Below are positions 25,100 to 37,582 of a stretch of DNA of 64,000 nt, one piece after another. Under the pieces are notes generated by a model that saw nothing but the letters and a program-made list of their open reading frames with translations, ran no database searches and had not been told where the DNA came from. The translations under genes were made by a program, and so were the position numbers. How positions within the stretch are numbered: the stretch's first letter is position 1; every line of letters begins with the position of its first letter. The DNA comes from Chiloscyllium plagiosum (lineage: Eukaryota), in the NCBI RefSeq assembly GCF_004010195.1, contig NC_057719.1:31670883-31734882 (forward strand), read 5' to 3'.

Positions 25100-27350
25100 A
25101 TGGTGAGGTCAGAATGCTACTAATGAATGGCAATTACCTTAATTCTGTATATTCAAATCTCATTATTAGCTGATTAGCTCATTTCTTTTCCAATTCTCCT
25201 TTCCTTTTCCAATAGCTAGACAGCACCAATTCCCAACATGAAAATCAGAGTGATTACTGCTAGTGGGGTCTTCATCCAACTGCTAGATCTCTGGGTCTTC
25301 ATCCAACTTTGTCTTCACCACAATGTTCCTGCACGCTCCATGAATGCCGTCTTCTCCTATACTTCGTCCAAGCAAGTCAGCAAAGGCAAACTATCAGCAT
25401 CACCACATAATAATGGTTGCTTTTAGACCAACTTACCCAGCACTTCAGACCTTCAAGACCTCAGTTTGGAGCTCAGGACACCAAGCTTCTGACAGGTTGC
25501 TTTGCACACAAGGACACCAATGCATGTATCGACACAGGATGCACGAAATGGCTTTCAACCTACTTTCTCAGAAAAAACCTCAAGCCTGAGGATGGATTTC
25601 TTTGGACTGGGTCACTGATGGAGTGATTACAGTGAAAGAAGGCAATTAAAGATAGAAAAGTGCTCTCATAAAATGCACGAGAGGACAGGGAACTCCAGAA
25701 GATGGCATTTTCATGAGCTACTTTCACTGTAGCCTCTGCATGAGAAGTTTGTATGGGCAACAAGACATGCAATTTGTAAAACCATAAATTCAAGGAGTGA
25801 ATTGAGGACATTGGTGATTATATAAAGGGATAGAACAGAAATGGGGGAAGCTGAAAAATCACTGGGGACAGAGACAGCAACACAAAAGGGAACATAAAAT
25901 ATATGGTAATTATCGTGTGTGTCAGATGCAATCTTGAATGACTGTGTGCTCCCTTGAAAAGCTAATATGTAGAATGAATATTTGCCTTTGGATATGTGCA
26001 GATTTGTCACTGATTTCATACAGTCACTGACAAGACATTTGGCCATTCCAACTTCTTTCATTCTTGGGATATCTGAAGAGGCCGCTCATCTCTCAGATGG
26101 ATGCACCATCATCAGATTCAACAGCAACAATGGCACTAGACATTTTAAGAGTGCAAGTGCATATATGCTTGCACAACTGTAAGAAACTTATCAATAATGT
26201 GCCACCCATACCACCTATATGTTCTCAGTAAGTTTTTTTTTTACTTTTCCTTTGACTTTATGTAAGTATTGTCAAGACACCAGCAACTTGGCAAGGAGCC
26301 TATTGAGTGGTTGTTGGCCTGGAAATCTTAGCAGTTGGTACCATGGCCATTGGCTGTAAGGGTCGAGTCCTGTGGAGAGTATCCTGCCCAGATGCAGTCT
26401 TGTTCTCCTTAGCGAAACCTTCAGCAGGCTTTGGCATCACAGGCAGAGGGCAAGTGGAGTGGCAAGACACTTAGAAGTGTCATGAGAGGAAGCTTCAGAG
26501 GATCCTGTGATCTGGCTCCCCTCCCGCTGGTACCTGCTGGCACTACCCTGTCTCCCTGAGAAGAAGGCAATCTGGGGTGAGGTGAAAATCCCTGTCCTCC
26601 TCTCATTTTCCTATTGATGCTGAGCCTCTATGGTTATATCGGTAGAGTGCAAGTCTATGTGCACATGCAGCAGATTCTGGATCTAGGTTTCCATGACAGT
26701 AGCTGAGGCAGCTAGACACATGTGCTGCAACCAGCACAGTACTGATAATATTGTGCAGATGTACATTTTGATGCAGTGTATTGAATGACTCTGATAAATA
26801 TGCCTTCTGTTTGTGTGCTTGCTTATGCATTTTGACAATATCATTAATGACTGAAATCATGGGATCATCTTCTTCCTGGAGCTGAGGAGGAGCCAGCAGT
26901 CCTTGAATGCCAGAGACTTGCCAGTGTTGTGCTAACTAGATTGTGTTCCTGGGTAGAATACATATCGAGGTGAAAGTCTCTGAGCTGGTAGAGGGTGCAG
27001 GTGAAAGCCTTGTGAATGCAGTCTGACGGTTGAGTGGCATCACAGAGGGAGAAGTGGAGCTGAACAGCACTCAACTCATTGATATTGAGGTTTGCTGGGT
27101 GCTGTTGGTTCCTGCATACGAGAAGAGAATTAGCTGTGTAAGAGAGATAAAAGCTTGTGCAGTTTAAAAATTAGTTAGTGAAGGTAGTAATGAGCTTCCC
27201 AGCACAGCATAATGAACTGTAACGGGCTAGTTGCTAATGGAATCCCCACATGAGCAGTCATTTTCTTCTCTGGCCATAACCACCACCGTCTTCGCCTCAC
27301 ATGGCATGATGAACCCAATGTCCGGCACATTTTCCAGCAGCCTTTATCCC
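25100..27350. mobile_element. Possible highly decayed Harbinger-like transposon
   Basis: GISEEAAH (compare GISQSAAH) on + near 26066-26090; VRRRRWWLWP on - near 27270-27300 resembles the Myb/SANT partner motif; GC-richer block. Confidence 0.3.
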
Positions 27351-28409
27351 CTTGGCCCCATTGGGAGACATTTACTTTTATGATGAGAATAAAAGCTTTC
27401 CTCAGTTTGTCCTGGGATTGTAGTTTGTATTTAGCTTTAAATGTCTGAACAGAGTGTGTAAGACTGGTTAACCTGTACATGATACATCACTGTATACAAC
27501 CAATTGTTGCCAGCTTTCCAATATTTTTTGAATGGCATCTTTTATTAACTTATCTTCTAATTTGTTTGTAGCCACTAAAATTTCTCAGTCTTAAGGACTT
27601 CTACTGCACATGGTATTCCCAGCCTATTCTTTAGTCCTTTTTCTTGTCAAGTTATGACCTTTATTTATTTTACTCTGGAATACTCTACAATAGCTCCCCC
27701 TCCTATGATCAGAACTCATGTAAAGAATCCAGGTAGAATTTTAACCAATTCACACCACATCATGCGGACATGCATCCACCATCCAATTCAATGCAATTAT
27801 GAGTTTACAACTGAAGCATTCCTTCCTGTGCCGAGGTATTTAGTAACAATTGAAATTCTGCTGCCTGATCGGTGTCACCAGTATCATACTTAAAATTCTG
27901 TCCTGCGTCTAAATTCAAACACCTTGTTATTCCCATTAGGCTAATTTGTTGCATAATGGTGTTTTGAGTTGCATCTAAAGTATCAATTTCCCTTCCCTCT
28001 GCATTCCTGGGGTTCATCTTTCAGTCACAGTTCTCCAGTTCCCACTGTCAATTATAATTGGCAGAGGTATCTCCATCTGCACTCCTTTTAATTATGTTTC
28101 TCCTTCGCATTGGCACTTCCTGCCTGTGTTGCCATTAAAATTGAATTCTTCATTCTTTCTGTTAAAGCCTATGTCCCACTCAAGTGATGAATGCCCTGGG
28201 GAATTAATGTTCTTCTAGGAAGTATCTTAAAGATTCTGACGTCTGTCCTAAAAGTCTGCCTCTTCCTGAAAATGCAGTTCTTACTGATATTAGAAATCTA
28301 ATCCTGTTTGATACTTTAGCACTATCCAGCAAATTAAAGGGAAACATGGAATAGAAAATTTCAAATAGAGATTTCATAATCTCTATTGTGTAGTAATTTC
28401 CACATTATA

Positions 28410-28870
28410 GATAGAGTTCTAAGGATGTACAACATGAAAATAGATCCTTCGGTCCAACTTGTCATGTCAACCAGCTATCCTAAATTAATCTAGTCCCATT
28501 TGCAACCATTTAGCCTACATCTCTCTAAATCCTCCCTATTCACGTACCTGCCCACATGCCTTTAAGATGTTGTAAATGTATCAGCCTCACCACTTCCCCT
28601 CACAGCTTGTTCCATACACTCACCACTCTCTGTGTGAAAATATTGCCCCTTAGATCCTTTTTAAATCTTTCCCCTCTCGCCTTAAACCTATGTTGTCAAG
28701 TTTTGAACTCCCCCACCGCAGGGAAAAGACATTGGCTATTCACCCTATCCATGCCCCTCTTGATTTTATAAGCCTCCATAAGATCACCACTAAGTCTCCG
28801 ACTCTCCAGGGAAAATAGGCCCAGCCTATTCAGCCACTTTCTATAGGACAAACCCTCCAACCTGGCAACA
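28410..28870 (-). mobile_element. CR1 (HER1-like) 3' fragment
   Basis: Reverse complement of the CR1 C-terminus and tail. Confidence 0.85.
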
Positions 28871-30424
28871 TTATGTATCCTTCTATAGAATATCCATCCT
28901 ACATTCTCAATTTTTCAAAATCTGGCCATTGCTCATGCATGTTTAGTAGATCTTCTTTCTTGTATGTTTTATAGGCATATGTACTATACCTCCCAGGTAT
29001 GTTTTGGGTGGAGGGGTATGTAACACAAGGAGGTTAACCAGCTTACAACCTTCCTATGTATCCCTAAACTCATCCACATATTATAGAGGATGGATGTGAG
29101 CCAAAATCATCAACCACAATTAAAGGTCAATTGAGTTTGTTAAAGTTCAGTTGACCCCAATATTATGCTGCCCACACCGTAATGCAATTAGCATGGGCAG
29201 GTTAGTGTAAGTTGTCAATCTGTTTCTTTTTCAAACTTTAAAATAGCAGGAAAAAATTAGGGCATATTATCTCTGGAGGCACCTAGTCCAACGACCATAC
29301 TTAAAATCTATGAAGAATCAAGCCAGATGAATCTCGGGAGGTAATCAAAATTGAGCTTTATTAAAAACTCACTGAGCAAGTCATATAAACTTTATTAAAA
29401 GTATAAAATTCATTTTGAATTCCACATGCACACATAATCAGCATATAAGTAAAAAGAACAAGGTACATGGATAGGAAAAGTTGGGTGGAGAAAACAATTA
29501 ATTTTTTCAAGTGGAGGAATTATACATTTTAATATTGGTTTTAAACTTGCAGTTTGGGATGGGTTGTTGTGATAGGAGTTGGTGTGGCGATTGCAGCAGA
29601 ATTACTGTTGTTCTTCTGTATGGAGTTGTCTTATGGAGTTGGGTTCACTGTTGATTTTTCTCTCAGGGAAAGATCACCTTTGCAGAGTTAAGAACACCAT
29701 CTCCAGAGAGAGAGAGAGAAAGTCCATCTTTCTCATATTACTGTATATTACTCCCCTTTTGTAGTCGACACAACAAGTTTATAATCATAGCTTCTCATGG
29801 CAGAAAGGGTTTTGATGTGTCAATGCCAATTGTTGGCTGACATTGGGGAAATCTATTTTTAACAAAGAGTTTCAATAGTCTATTGACAGCCTTTGCTGTT
29901 ATCCCTTGAGACACATATGGGGATTTGATATAGATAAGGGGATTTCAATCCTCCTCTTTACATAATGAGTTTCAGATTGAAGTCTTTATTCTGGCAATGC
30001 CTATAATTGAGAAAGTTCATCCCCAGAGACATTTGAAGGTCTCATTATGAGCAGTACATTCCAAATGATGAATATGAACATCCAGGTAATTAATTATTCT
30101 CGGATAGGCAGTTTCACATTATTTAGACAGTCCTTTGAATATTTCTGTGAACTTGGCTCCTTTCAGATAAGATGCCTTTGGCAGTAATTTTTAAAGTGCC
30201 CTAGCTCTTATTTAATTGTATTTTCTGAAACCAAAGTCCAAGGTTTTTAGGTTAGTCAATGAAATTTAAAGATAAATTGCTCATATTTTATACCATCATG
30301 ACATTCTTAAAAAAAACTTAAGACCTCAACTGTCTGTAAATGTACTGAATTCTCTGTTCATTTCTCAGCTTTCCTTATCCACCTCTGGGATCAAGTCTAA
30401 CTTATCCATTTGTCTTTCAATGCC

Positions 30425-32225
30425 TTTGAGTCATACAGCACAGAAACAGAACCTTTGGTCGAACGTGTCCTTGCCGACCAAGTTTCTCAATTAAACAAGT
30501 CTCACATACCTGAGTTTAGCCCATATCCCTCTACACCTTTCCTATTCATGTACCTGTCCAAATATTTTTTAAATGTTGTAACGGTACCTGCATCTACCAC
30601 TTCCTCTGGCAGTTCATTCCACATATGAACCACCCTCTGTGTGAAAAGGTTGCCCCTCAGGTCCCTTTTAAATCTTTCTCCTCTCACCTTAAATTTTATG
30701 TCATCTAGTTTTGAACTCACCCACCCTAGGGAAAAGACCTTTGCTGTTCATCTTATGATTCCATAAACGTCAATAAGATCTCATCTCAATCTCCTTTGCT
30801 CCAGTGAAAAAAAGTCCCAGCCAATCCAGCCTGTCCTTTTAACTCAAAGCCTCCAGTCCTGGCAACTTCCTGGTAAATCTTTTCTGAACCCTCTCCAATT
30901 TAATAATATCCTTCCAATAGCAAGATGATCAGAACTGAATAAAGTACTCCAAAGGTGTCCTCACCAAAATCTTGTATAACCTCAACATGACATACTAACA
31001 TATATACTTAAGGACAAAAACAGAAATTGCTGGAAAAGCTCAGCAGGTCTGGCAGTATCTGTGGGGAGAAGCCAGAGAAGCCTGTGTTGGGAAACCCTTC
31101 CTTAGAACTGTCCACAGAAGCTGCCAGACCTGCTGATTTGGAGGTCACCTGATGAAGGAGCAGTGCTCTGAAAGCTTCCAATTAAACCTGTTGGACTATA
31201 ACCTGGTGATTTTTAACTTTGTAGACCTGCTGAGCAATTCCTGTTTTTGGTTCAGATTTATAACACCTGCAGTTCTTTCGGTTCCTATACTCACTGAAAA
31301 GCATGCTAAAAGCCTTCTCAGCCACCCTGTCATTCTGTGATGCAACTTCCAAAGAGCTATTTACCTCAACGTCTAGGTCTCTCTGTTCGAAAACACTTCC
31401 CAGGGCCCTAACATTAACTGTATAACCTGCCCTTGGATTAATGAAATACCTCATATTAATCCAAATTAAATTCCAACTGCCACTCTTCAGACTATTGACC
31501 CAACTGACCAAAATCCCTTTGTAATCTAAGATGACCTTCCTCACTGTCTATTATACCACCAATTTTGACGTCATCTGCAAACTTACTAACCATGCCTCCT
31601 AAATTCTCATCCAAAGACAAAAAAAAGTGAACCTAACACTGACACTTGTGGAATACCACTGGTCGCAGGCCTCCAATCACCATTGAAAAACCACCATTGA
31701 ACACCTACCTGTGTCTCCCACCATCAAGCTAAGTTTGTATCCAATTGACAAGCTCACCCTGATCTTATGTGATCTAACTTTAGTAATCAGACTACTATGT
31801 GGAACCTTGTCAAAGACTTTACTACAATAAATGTAGACAACATCTACAGCTCTGTCCTCATCCATCTTTTTGGTTATGTCCTCAAAAAACTCAATCAAGT
31901 TTGTGAGACACAATTTCCCACTCACAAAGCCATGCTGACTATCCCTAATAATTCCTTGCCTCTTCAAATACATGTAAATCCTATCTCTCAGAATTCCCTC
32001 CAACAATGTACTCACCTCTGATGTCAGACTCACCGGTCTACAGTTCCCAGAATTCTCCTTACAGCCTTTCTTAAGTAAAGGCACAACATTAGCCACCCTC
32101 CAGTACTCATAAGTAGCTGTCAATGATATAAATATCTCTGCTTGGGGCCCTGCAATTTCTTCAATAGCTTCCCACAATATTCCAGAATACACTTGATTTG
32201 GGTCCTGGAGATTTATCCACTTTTG
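30425..32225 (-). mobile_element. CR1 LINE RT pseudogene with 3' tail, interrupted at 31012-31280
   Basis: WRVANVVPLLKKGCKENSGNCRPVSLTS...DSQHGFVSGKLCLTNLIEFFE...KVFDKVPH; WNELPEEVVDAG. Confidence 0.9.
31012..31280. mobile_element. PLE family C palindrome containing a nested family D hammerhead fragment
   Basis: Inverted arms ctcagcaggtctggcag / ctgccagacctgctga; insert cacCTGATGAaggagcagtgctctGAAAgct flanked by agacctgctga at 31126-31136 and 31223-31233. Confidence 0.75.
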
Positions 32226-32289
32226 TGTTTTATTTAGGATCTACAGCATTCATGGCAAGTGGTTTCACTGATTGGGCCTGCAGGGTGGG

Positions 32290-32595
32290 GGTGTCCAAAA
32301 CTAGCGGGTATAGATTTAAGGAGAGGGGGAAAAAATTAAAAGGGATTTAAGGGTAACTTTTTCACACAAAGGGTGGTGCGTGTATGGAGTGAATTGCCAG
32401 AGGAAGTGGTGGAAGCTGGTACAATTACAACATTTAACAGGCATCTGGATGGGTATATGAATAAGAAGGGTTTAAAAGGGCATGGGCCAAATGCTGGCAG
32501 GTGGGACTAGATCACTTTAGGATATCTGGTCACGTAGAGCAGTTGGACTGAACAGTCTGTTTCCATGAAGTACAGTTCAATGACTCTATGACTCT
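32290..32595 (+). mobile_element. CR1 3' fragment
   Basis: FFTQRVVRVWSELPEEVVEAG and tail atgactctatgactct. Confidence 0.88.
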
Positions 32596-32734
32596 AGCCT
32601 ATCTGCACTAATGTAAATGTGCAGAACTTTGGATTTGTAAGCTGTCAATGTTGCTGTCTTAGAATATCAAGACTGCAGTAACTAGAAATCATCTAAGAAG
32701 TGCAGTCCATCAGAGAATTATACAACAAAAACTA

Positions 32735-35700
32735 ATTGCCAGTGAAACTCAGCAGTTCTGGCATAACCTGTAGAAAGAAAACAGAATTAACATCTTAAAT
32801 CCAATGACTCTTTGTCAGGATTAATGACTGTTAATAAAAGTGGTTTTATGCTGAAGGCAATATTGATAGGGTGGGGTGTGGCATGGGGAGTGAGCAAATA
32901 GGGGGAGATGGAACCCAGACAGTGAGAGAGATATGCATGAGATAGACAAGCAAGGGGATTATGGATAAGAGTACAGGGCAGAAGAAGAGCTGAAGAAGTG
33001 ATAATAAGAGCAGAAAATGGATGACATGTACCAAAAGCAACTTATATAATGTGATAATGGGCCTAAGAGTTTGAAAGAATGAGTGACTGTACGAAAAGCA
33101 ACCTACAGGTGTGGGAGTGGGTAAGACTCTAAAGTTATTGAACTCAGTGTTGAGTCCTAGAAGCTGTAAGGTCCCCAAATGGAAAATGAGATGTTGTTGT
33201 TCAGGCTTGTGCTGAGGCTCCCTGGAATACCACAGCAGGCATATGATAGAAATAAAATCAGAAATTGCTGGAAAAATTCAGCTGATTAGGTAGCATCTGT
33301 GGAGAGATAGCAGAGGTTAACATTTCAGATCCAGTGACCCCTTTTCAGAACACACTGTGGCAGAAATATTGGCCAGGAAACATGGTGGTACGTTGAAGTG
33401 ACAGGCAACTGGAAGCTTGAGGTCAATTTTGAAGACAGAATATAGGTATTTTGTCAGGACAGCGGTAGACGTCTGGTTTGTGGCCAATGCCAGTCTATGC
33501 CTTAAAATGGCGGCGCTCAGATCCGACATAGCGCACCATTTGGAGGATGCTCAGGTGTGCGATGGAATCCTGTTTGCATTTACCCCTGCCCGGACGGAAT
33601 TTCACATAGGCCCCAAGGTCCTGTACTTCCAGTGGGAGCCTGTGCCCCACAACCTGAGCCGCCTCCGGAACTTTATTTTTGTTAGCTTCAGGGATATATC
33701 ACGATGGGTCCTGTTTAGACTGCTGCTGCACACCGTCCACCTCTTTCCTTCATCCACCGCCCGGACATGCCTTAGCGTACCCATTTATCACCGGGCGGTG
33801 GGGATCCCCAATGGAGGGCTCTCTATGCAGGAGTCCTCCCCCTTTCTCTCGGGGACCTGGGGTGGAGGGTGCTGCAAGCAGCATTCCCCTACAACTGCAG
33901 ATTGCGGTGATTCACGGACTCCCAGCCCAACTGCTTGTTCTGTGATGCTTTGGAGACAGTGGACCTTGGATATATTGGTGTGGGCACTTGCACTCCCTTT
34001 TTAGTTTTCTAGAAAAACTTCTCCTCTGCTTTTGGTTGCACTTCAGTCCCACACTCCTGATCTTCGGGCACTCGATGTGGAGGGGGGAGGGTAGGTCAGA
34101 GGACCTCCTCGTGGGTCTGCTTCAGGGCCTGGCCAAATTGGCCATAAACAGGTCCGGGCAGCGGGCCGTGGAGGGGGTCGTTATGGCTGATTGCCTGCCC
34201 CTCTTCCACGGTTACGTTCAAGCCCAGGTGTCTCTGGAGAAGGATCACGCATTGTCTACCAACACCCTTGAGCTATTCAGGGAGAGATGGGATCTGCAGG
34301 GAATGGAGTGCTTTATTTCCCCCTCCAGCTCTCTTTTGATGTAATCCCTGCCCTTCCCTTCACATTTTTGATCATGCAGCATTTCCCTTTGATGAGAGGG
34401 GCACTGTTTGTCACTGGCCACTGGTGTTTCCTTTCTTCCTGGTGGTGGAAGTTGAATAAAGATTGGTACACTGTTGTTTTTCACTGTGTCTTACATCTGC
34501 ACACACACAACATGGTTGCTGGGGAAAATGGGGGTAGTGTGGGGTGCAATTAAAAAAAAGAAAAAAAGAGAAAAAAATTAAGATTTACACACCTTTGTTC
34601 TTTATAGTTTCCTACACAAACGCACACATGACATGGATGCTAGGGAAAAATAAGCACTACTGCATAACTGGGGTAAAGAGAAGAAAAAGAAAAAGAATAT
34701 ATAACCAGGAGATTTAGAGTCTCCTCAGTTTAGGGAACTGACTGTGCTGGCTGGGGCCACAGTCAGTGTGTTACTGACAGTTTAGCAATCGAAACTGTTT
34801 TTTGGGGGGTGGGGGGAGTCTGATTCCTGAACTGGCTGAATAAACTGCCAGTTTATTAACAAAAACAAAGTACAGGTATTTTGGGAAGCTGTCACCCAGT
34901 CTGTGTTTTGTCTCCCCAGTGTAGAGGAGACCACATTGTGAGCAGTGAATAAGGTAGATTAGATTGAATGAAGTACAGATGAAATGCTGCTTCACCTCGA
35001 AGGTGGGTCTGGAACCCTGGATGATGGGAAGGGAGGAGGTAAATGGGCTGGTGTTACACCTTCTGCAGTTGCATGGGAAGGTGCCATGGCATGTGGGGAG
35101 GCATTGGGAATGGAGAAGGAGTGGACCAGGTTAAGAGATTGTATGACCTTGATGAAGACAGGTGGCTGGAGCCTATGAACTGGAAATTCTGAAACTGACA
35201 TAAACATTTGAAGAATCGCAGATGTAAGTGAAGATGGACTGGACAAGGGAAGACAAAATGGAGTCATTGGAGGAAGAAATACGTTCTGTAGGGTAACAGC
35301 AGGCAGAAACAAAGGGTCTGCTTATGCAGTCCTGTTTGTGAATTTTGGGGAGAAGGTAAAAGTGGGCTTCTCCTCCTCTACTTGGCTGAGCTCATCTCAC
35401 TTTAACCAATTTCTCATTTAACTCCTCCCATTTCCTTCAGGTCAAAGGAGTGGCCATGGATTCTGGCATGGGCTCCAGTTATGCCTGTCTCTTTGTGGAA
35501 TATGAGGAACATTCCTTGTTCAAGTCCTATTCTGGCCCCGACCCACAACTCTTTCTCTGGCATATCAATTATATCATCAACGGTACTTCCTTGTCTCGTC
35601 CTGAACCGGAAAAGTTTATGAATTTTGCTTCCAATTTCCACCCCACTCTCACCTTCACCTGGTCTATCTCTGACTCCTCTCTTCCCTTCCTCAATATCTC

Positions 35701-36950
35701 TGTTTCCATTTATGGGGTTTGGCTGGCCACCAATATCCATTACAAACCCATTGACTTCCACAATTACCTTGACTACATATCCTCACACTTTGCATCCTGT
35801 AAAGACTCTATTCAATCCTCCGTCACATTTATTCTGATGATGCCAACTTCCTAAGTGGTGTTCAAAACTGTCCACCTTTTTCCTCAACTGAGGATTCCCC
35901 ACTATTGTGATCAACAGCGTCCTTAGCCGTGTTTGACCTACTTTCCACCCTCTGCCCTCACCCTTTCCCTCCCACAACACTGATAGGGTCCCTGGTCCTC
36001 GTTTTCTGACTCACCAGACTCCAGAGAGATATCACGAATAGACACATATTCCCTTCCCCTCCTTTGTCAGAATTCCTTAGAGGCCATTCCCTCTGGAACA
36101 CACTGTTCGCACTTCCTCCACCCCCATACCCAAAAACACCCGTGGCACTCTCCAATGCAGCTGAAGAAGGTGTAACTCCTGCCCATTTATCTCCTCTCTC
36201 TGCACTATTCAAGGTCCTAGACACATCTTCCAGGTGAAGCAGCGATTTACCTGCCCTTCATTCAATCTATCTACTGTATTTGTTGTTCACAACATGGTCT
36301 TCTCTACACTGGAGAAATGAAATGCAGACTGGATGAGCACTTTGCAGAACACCAAAATTTGTCCACAAAAACGATTTTGAGCTTCCATGAGCCCCAACCA
36401 ACATTTCTGTCGGAGACCTGCTGTGGTGTTCCAGTGATCCTCAGCATGAGCTCCAAGAAAAACATCTCATTTTCTGCTTGGGGACCCTGCAGTGTCTAGG
36501 ACTCAAAATCAAGTTCAATAACTTTAGATCCTTCCATTTTTTTTTAACCCACTCCCATACCTGTAGGTTGCTTTTCGCAGAGTCACCCATTCTTTAGTAC
36601 TCTTAGACCCATTATCACATTATATAGGTTGTTTTCGGTACATCTCACCCATTTTCTGCTCTTATTATCACTTCTTCAGCTTTTATTCTGCTGTGGCCTG
36701 TTAGCCATAATCTTCTTGCTTACCTATCTCATTCAAATCCCTCTTGCTGTCCAGGCTTCATCTCCACCAATCCAGTCACCTCTTCCCTCAGGCCCCTCCT
36801 AACACAGCTACAGACAATTCTGATGGTGAGTTAGAATCAAAACATTAACTTTGCTTTCTTCCCACAGATACCAGACCTGCTGTGTTTCTCCAGCAATTTC
36901 TGTTTCTCTTTCAGATCTCAGACATCTGCAATTCTTTGTTTTATTTTACA
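32735..36950. mobile_element. Penelope-like retroelement (family C) with inverted 3' duplication; RT and GIY-YIG pseudogene
   Basis: Plus 35400-35850 GVAMDSGMGSSYACLFVEYEE...FHPTLTFTWSISDSSLPFL...HYKP; GLLYTGEMKCRLDEHFAEH at about 36290-36350; inverted copy on minus (32735-33453 and 34874-35370: CSQCGLLYTGETKHRLGD). Confidence 0.85.
33454..34873 (+). mobile_element. Tx1/L1-clade LINE 3' fragment (zf-RVT region and 3' UTR)
   Basis: DLGWRVLQAA...NCLFC...ETVD, then FSPTLLIFGH...LLQGLAKLAINRS...ELFRERW; A-rich 3' UTR; aggtattttg duplicated at 33444-33453 and 34874-34883. Confidence 0.8.
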
Positions 36951-37582
36951 GTATTTAAAGAGCCTGACATCCCACTTCAATTGAGTTCCACAAGTTGATT
37001 AGAAGCAGAGATCACCAAATTAATGTAACGTTATGCACAACCAACAACTCTCTTCCTGATGTGCTCCCTCCCGAGGTGAGGATTTCTGCCAGGAACATGA
37101 ATTTAGAAATTACCTTTAATATCACCTTGCCTCCTTTACATCCTCTCTGGAACTCTGGTATACTCCACTACAATGGAGGGGTGGCAGTGGTTGGGAGGGT
37201 GTGGGCACAGCAAAACTGGGCTTGAGTTTTGGTCAGCTGGCTGCCTGATAGAAACACAATCATAGAAACATTTCTAAACAAACTCAAGAGAATTCTGTGA
37301 AACATCAATCTTGCTCTGGTCTTCTGTTGACCCATAATGGATGCACATCTTGCCTTTTGAAATTATAAAAGGACATTGATAGATTAAGTGAGTGGGCGAA
37401 ACTGTGAAAGACAGAGTGGGGAAGGTGAGAACATCCCTTGAGGAACTGAGGAAGATTTTTAAAGTGCGAATTTTGATGGAGCAAAGAGATTTAGGAGCCT
37501 ATGCACTATACATAAATCACTAAAAGATAGTGGATTGCTGCAAAAGGTAATTTAAAAGGCTGATTAAATGTGAGGCTGAAAA

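Noticed and set aside
29340..30303. Solo LTR on the minus strand
   Set aside because: Only a TGTCA-like end and AATAAA words; no second copy, TSD or PBS/PPT visible
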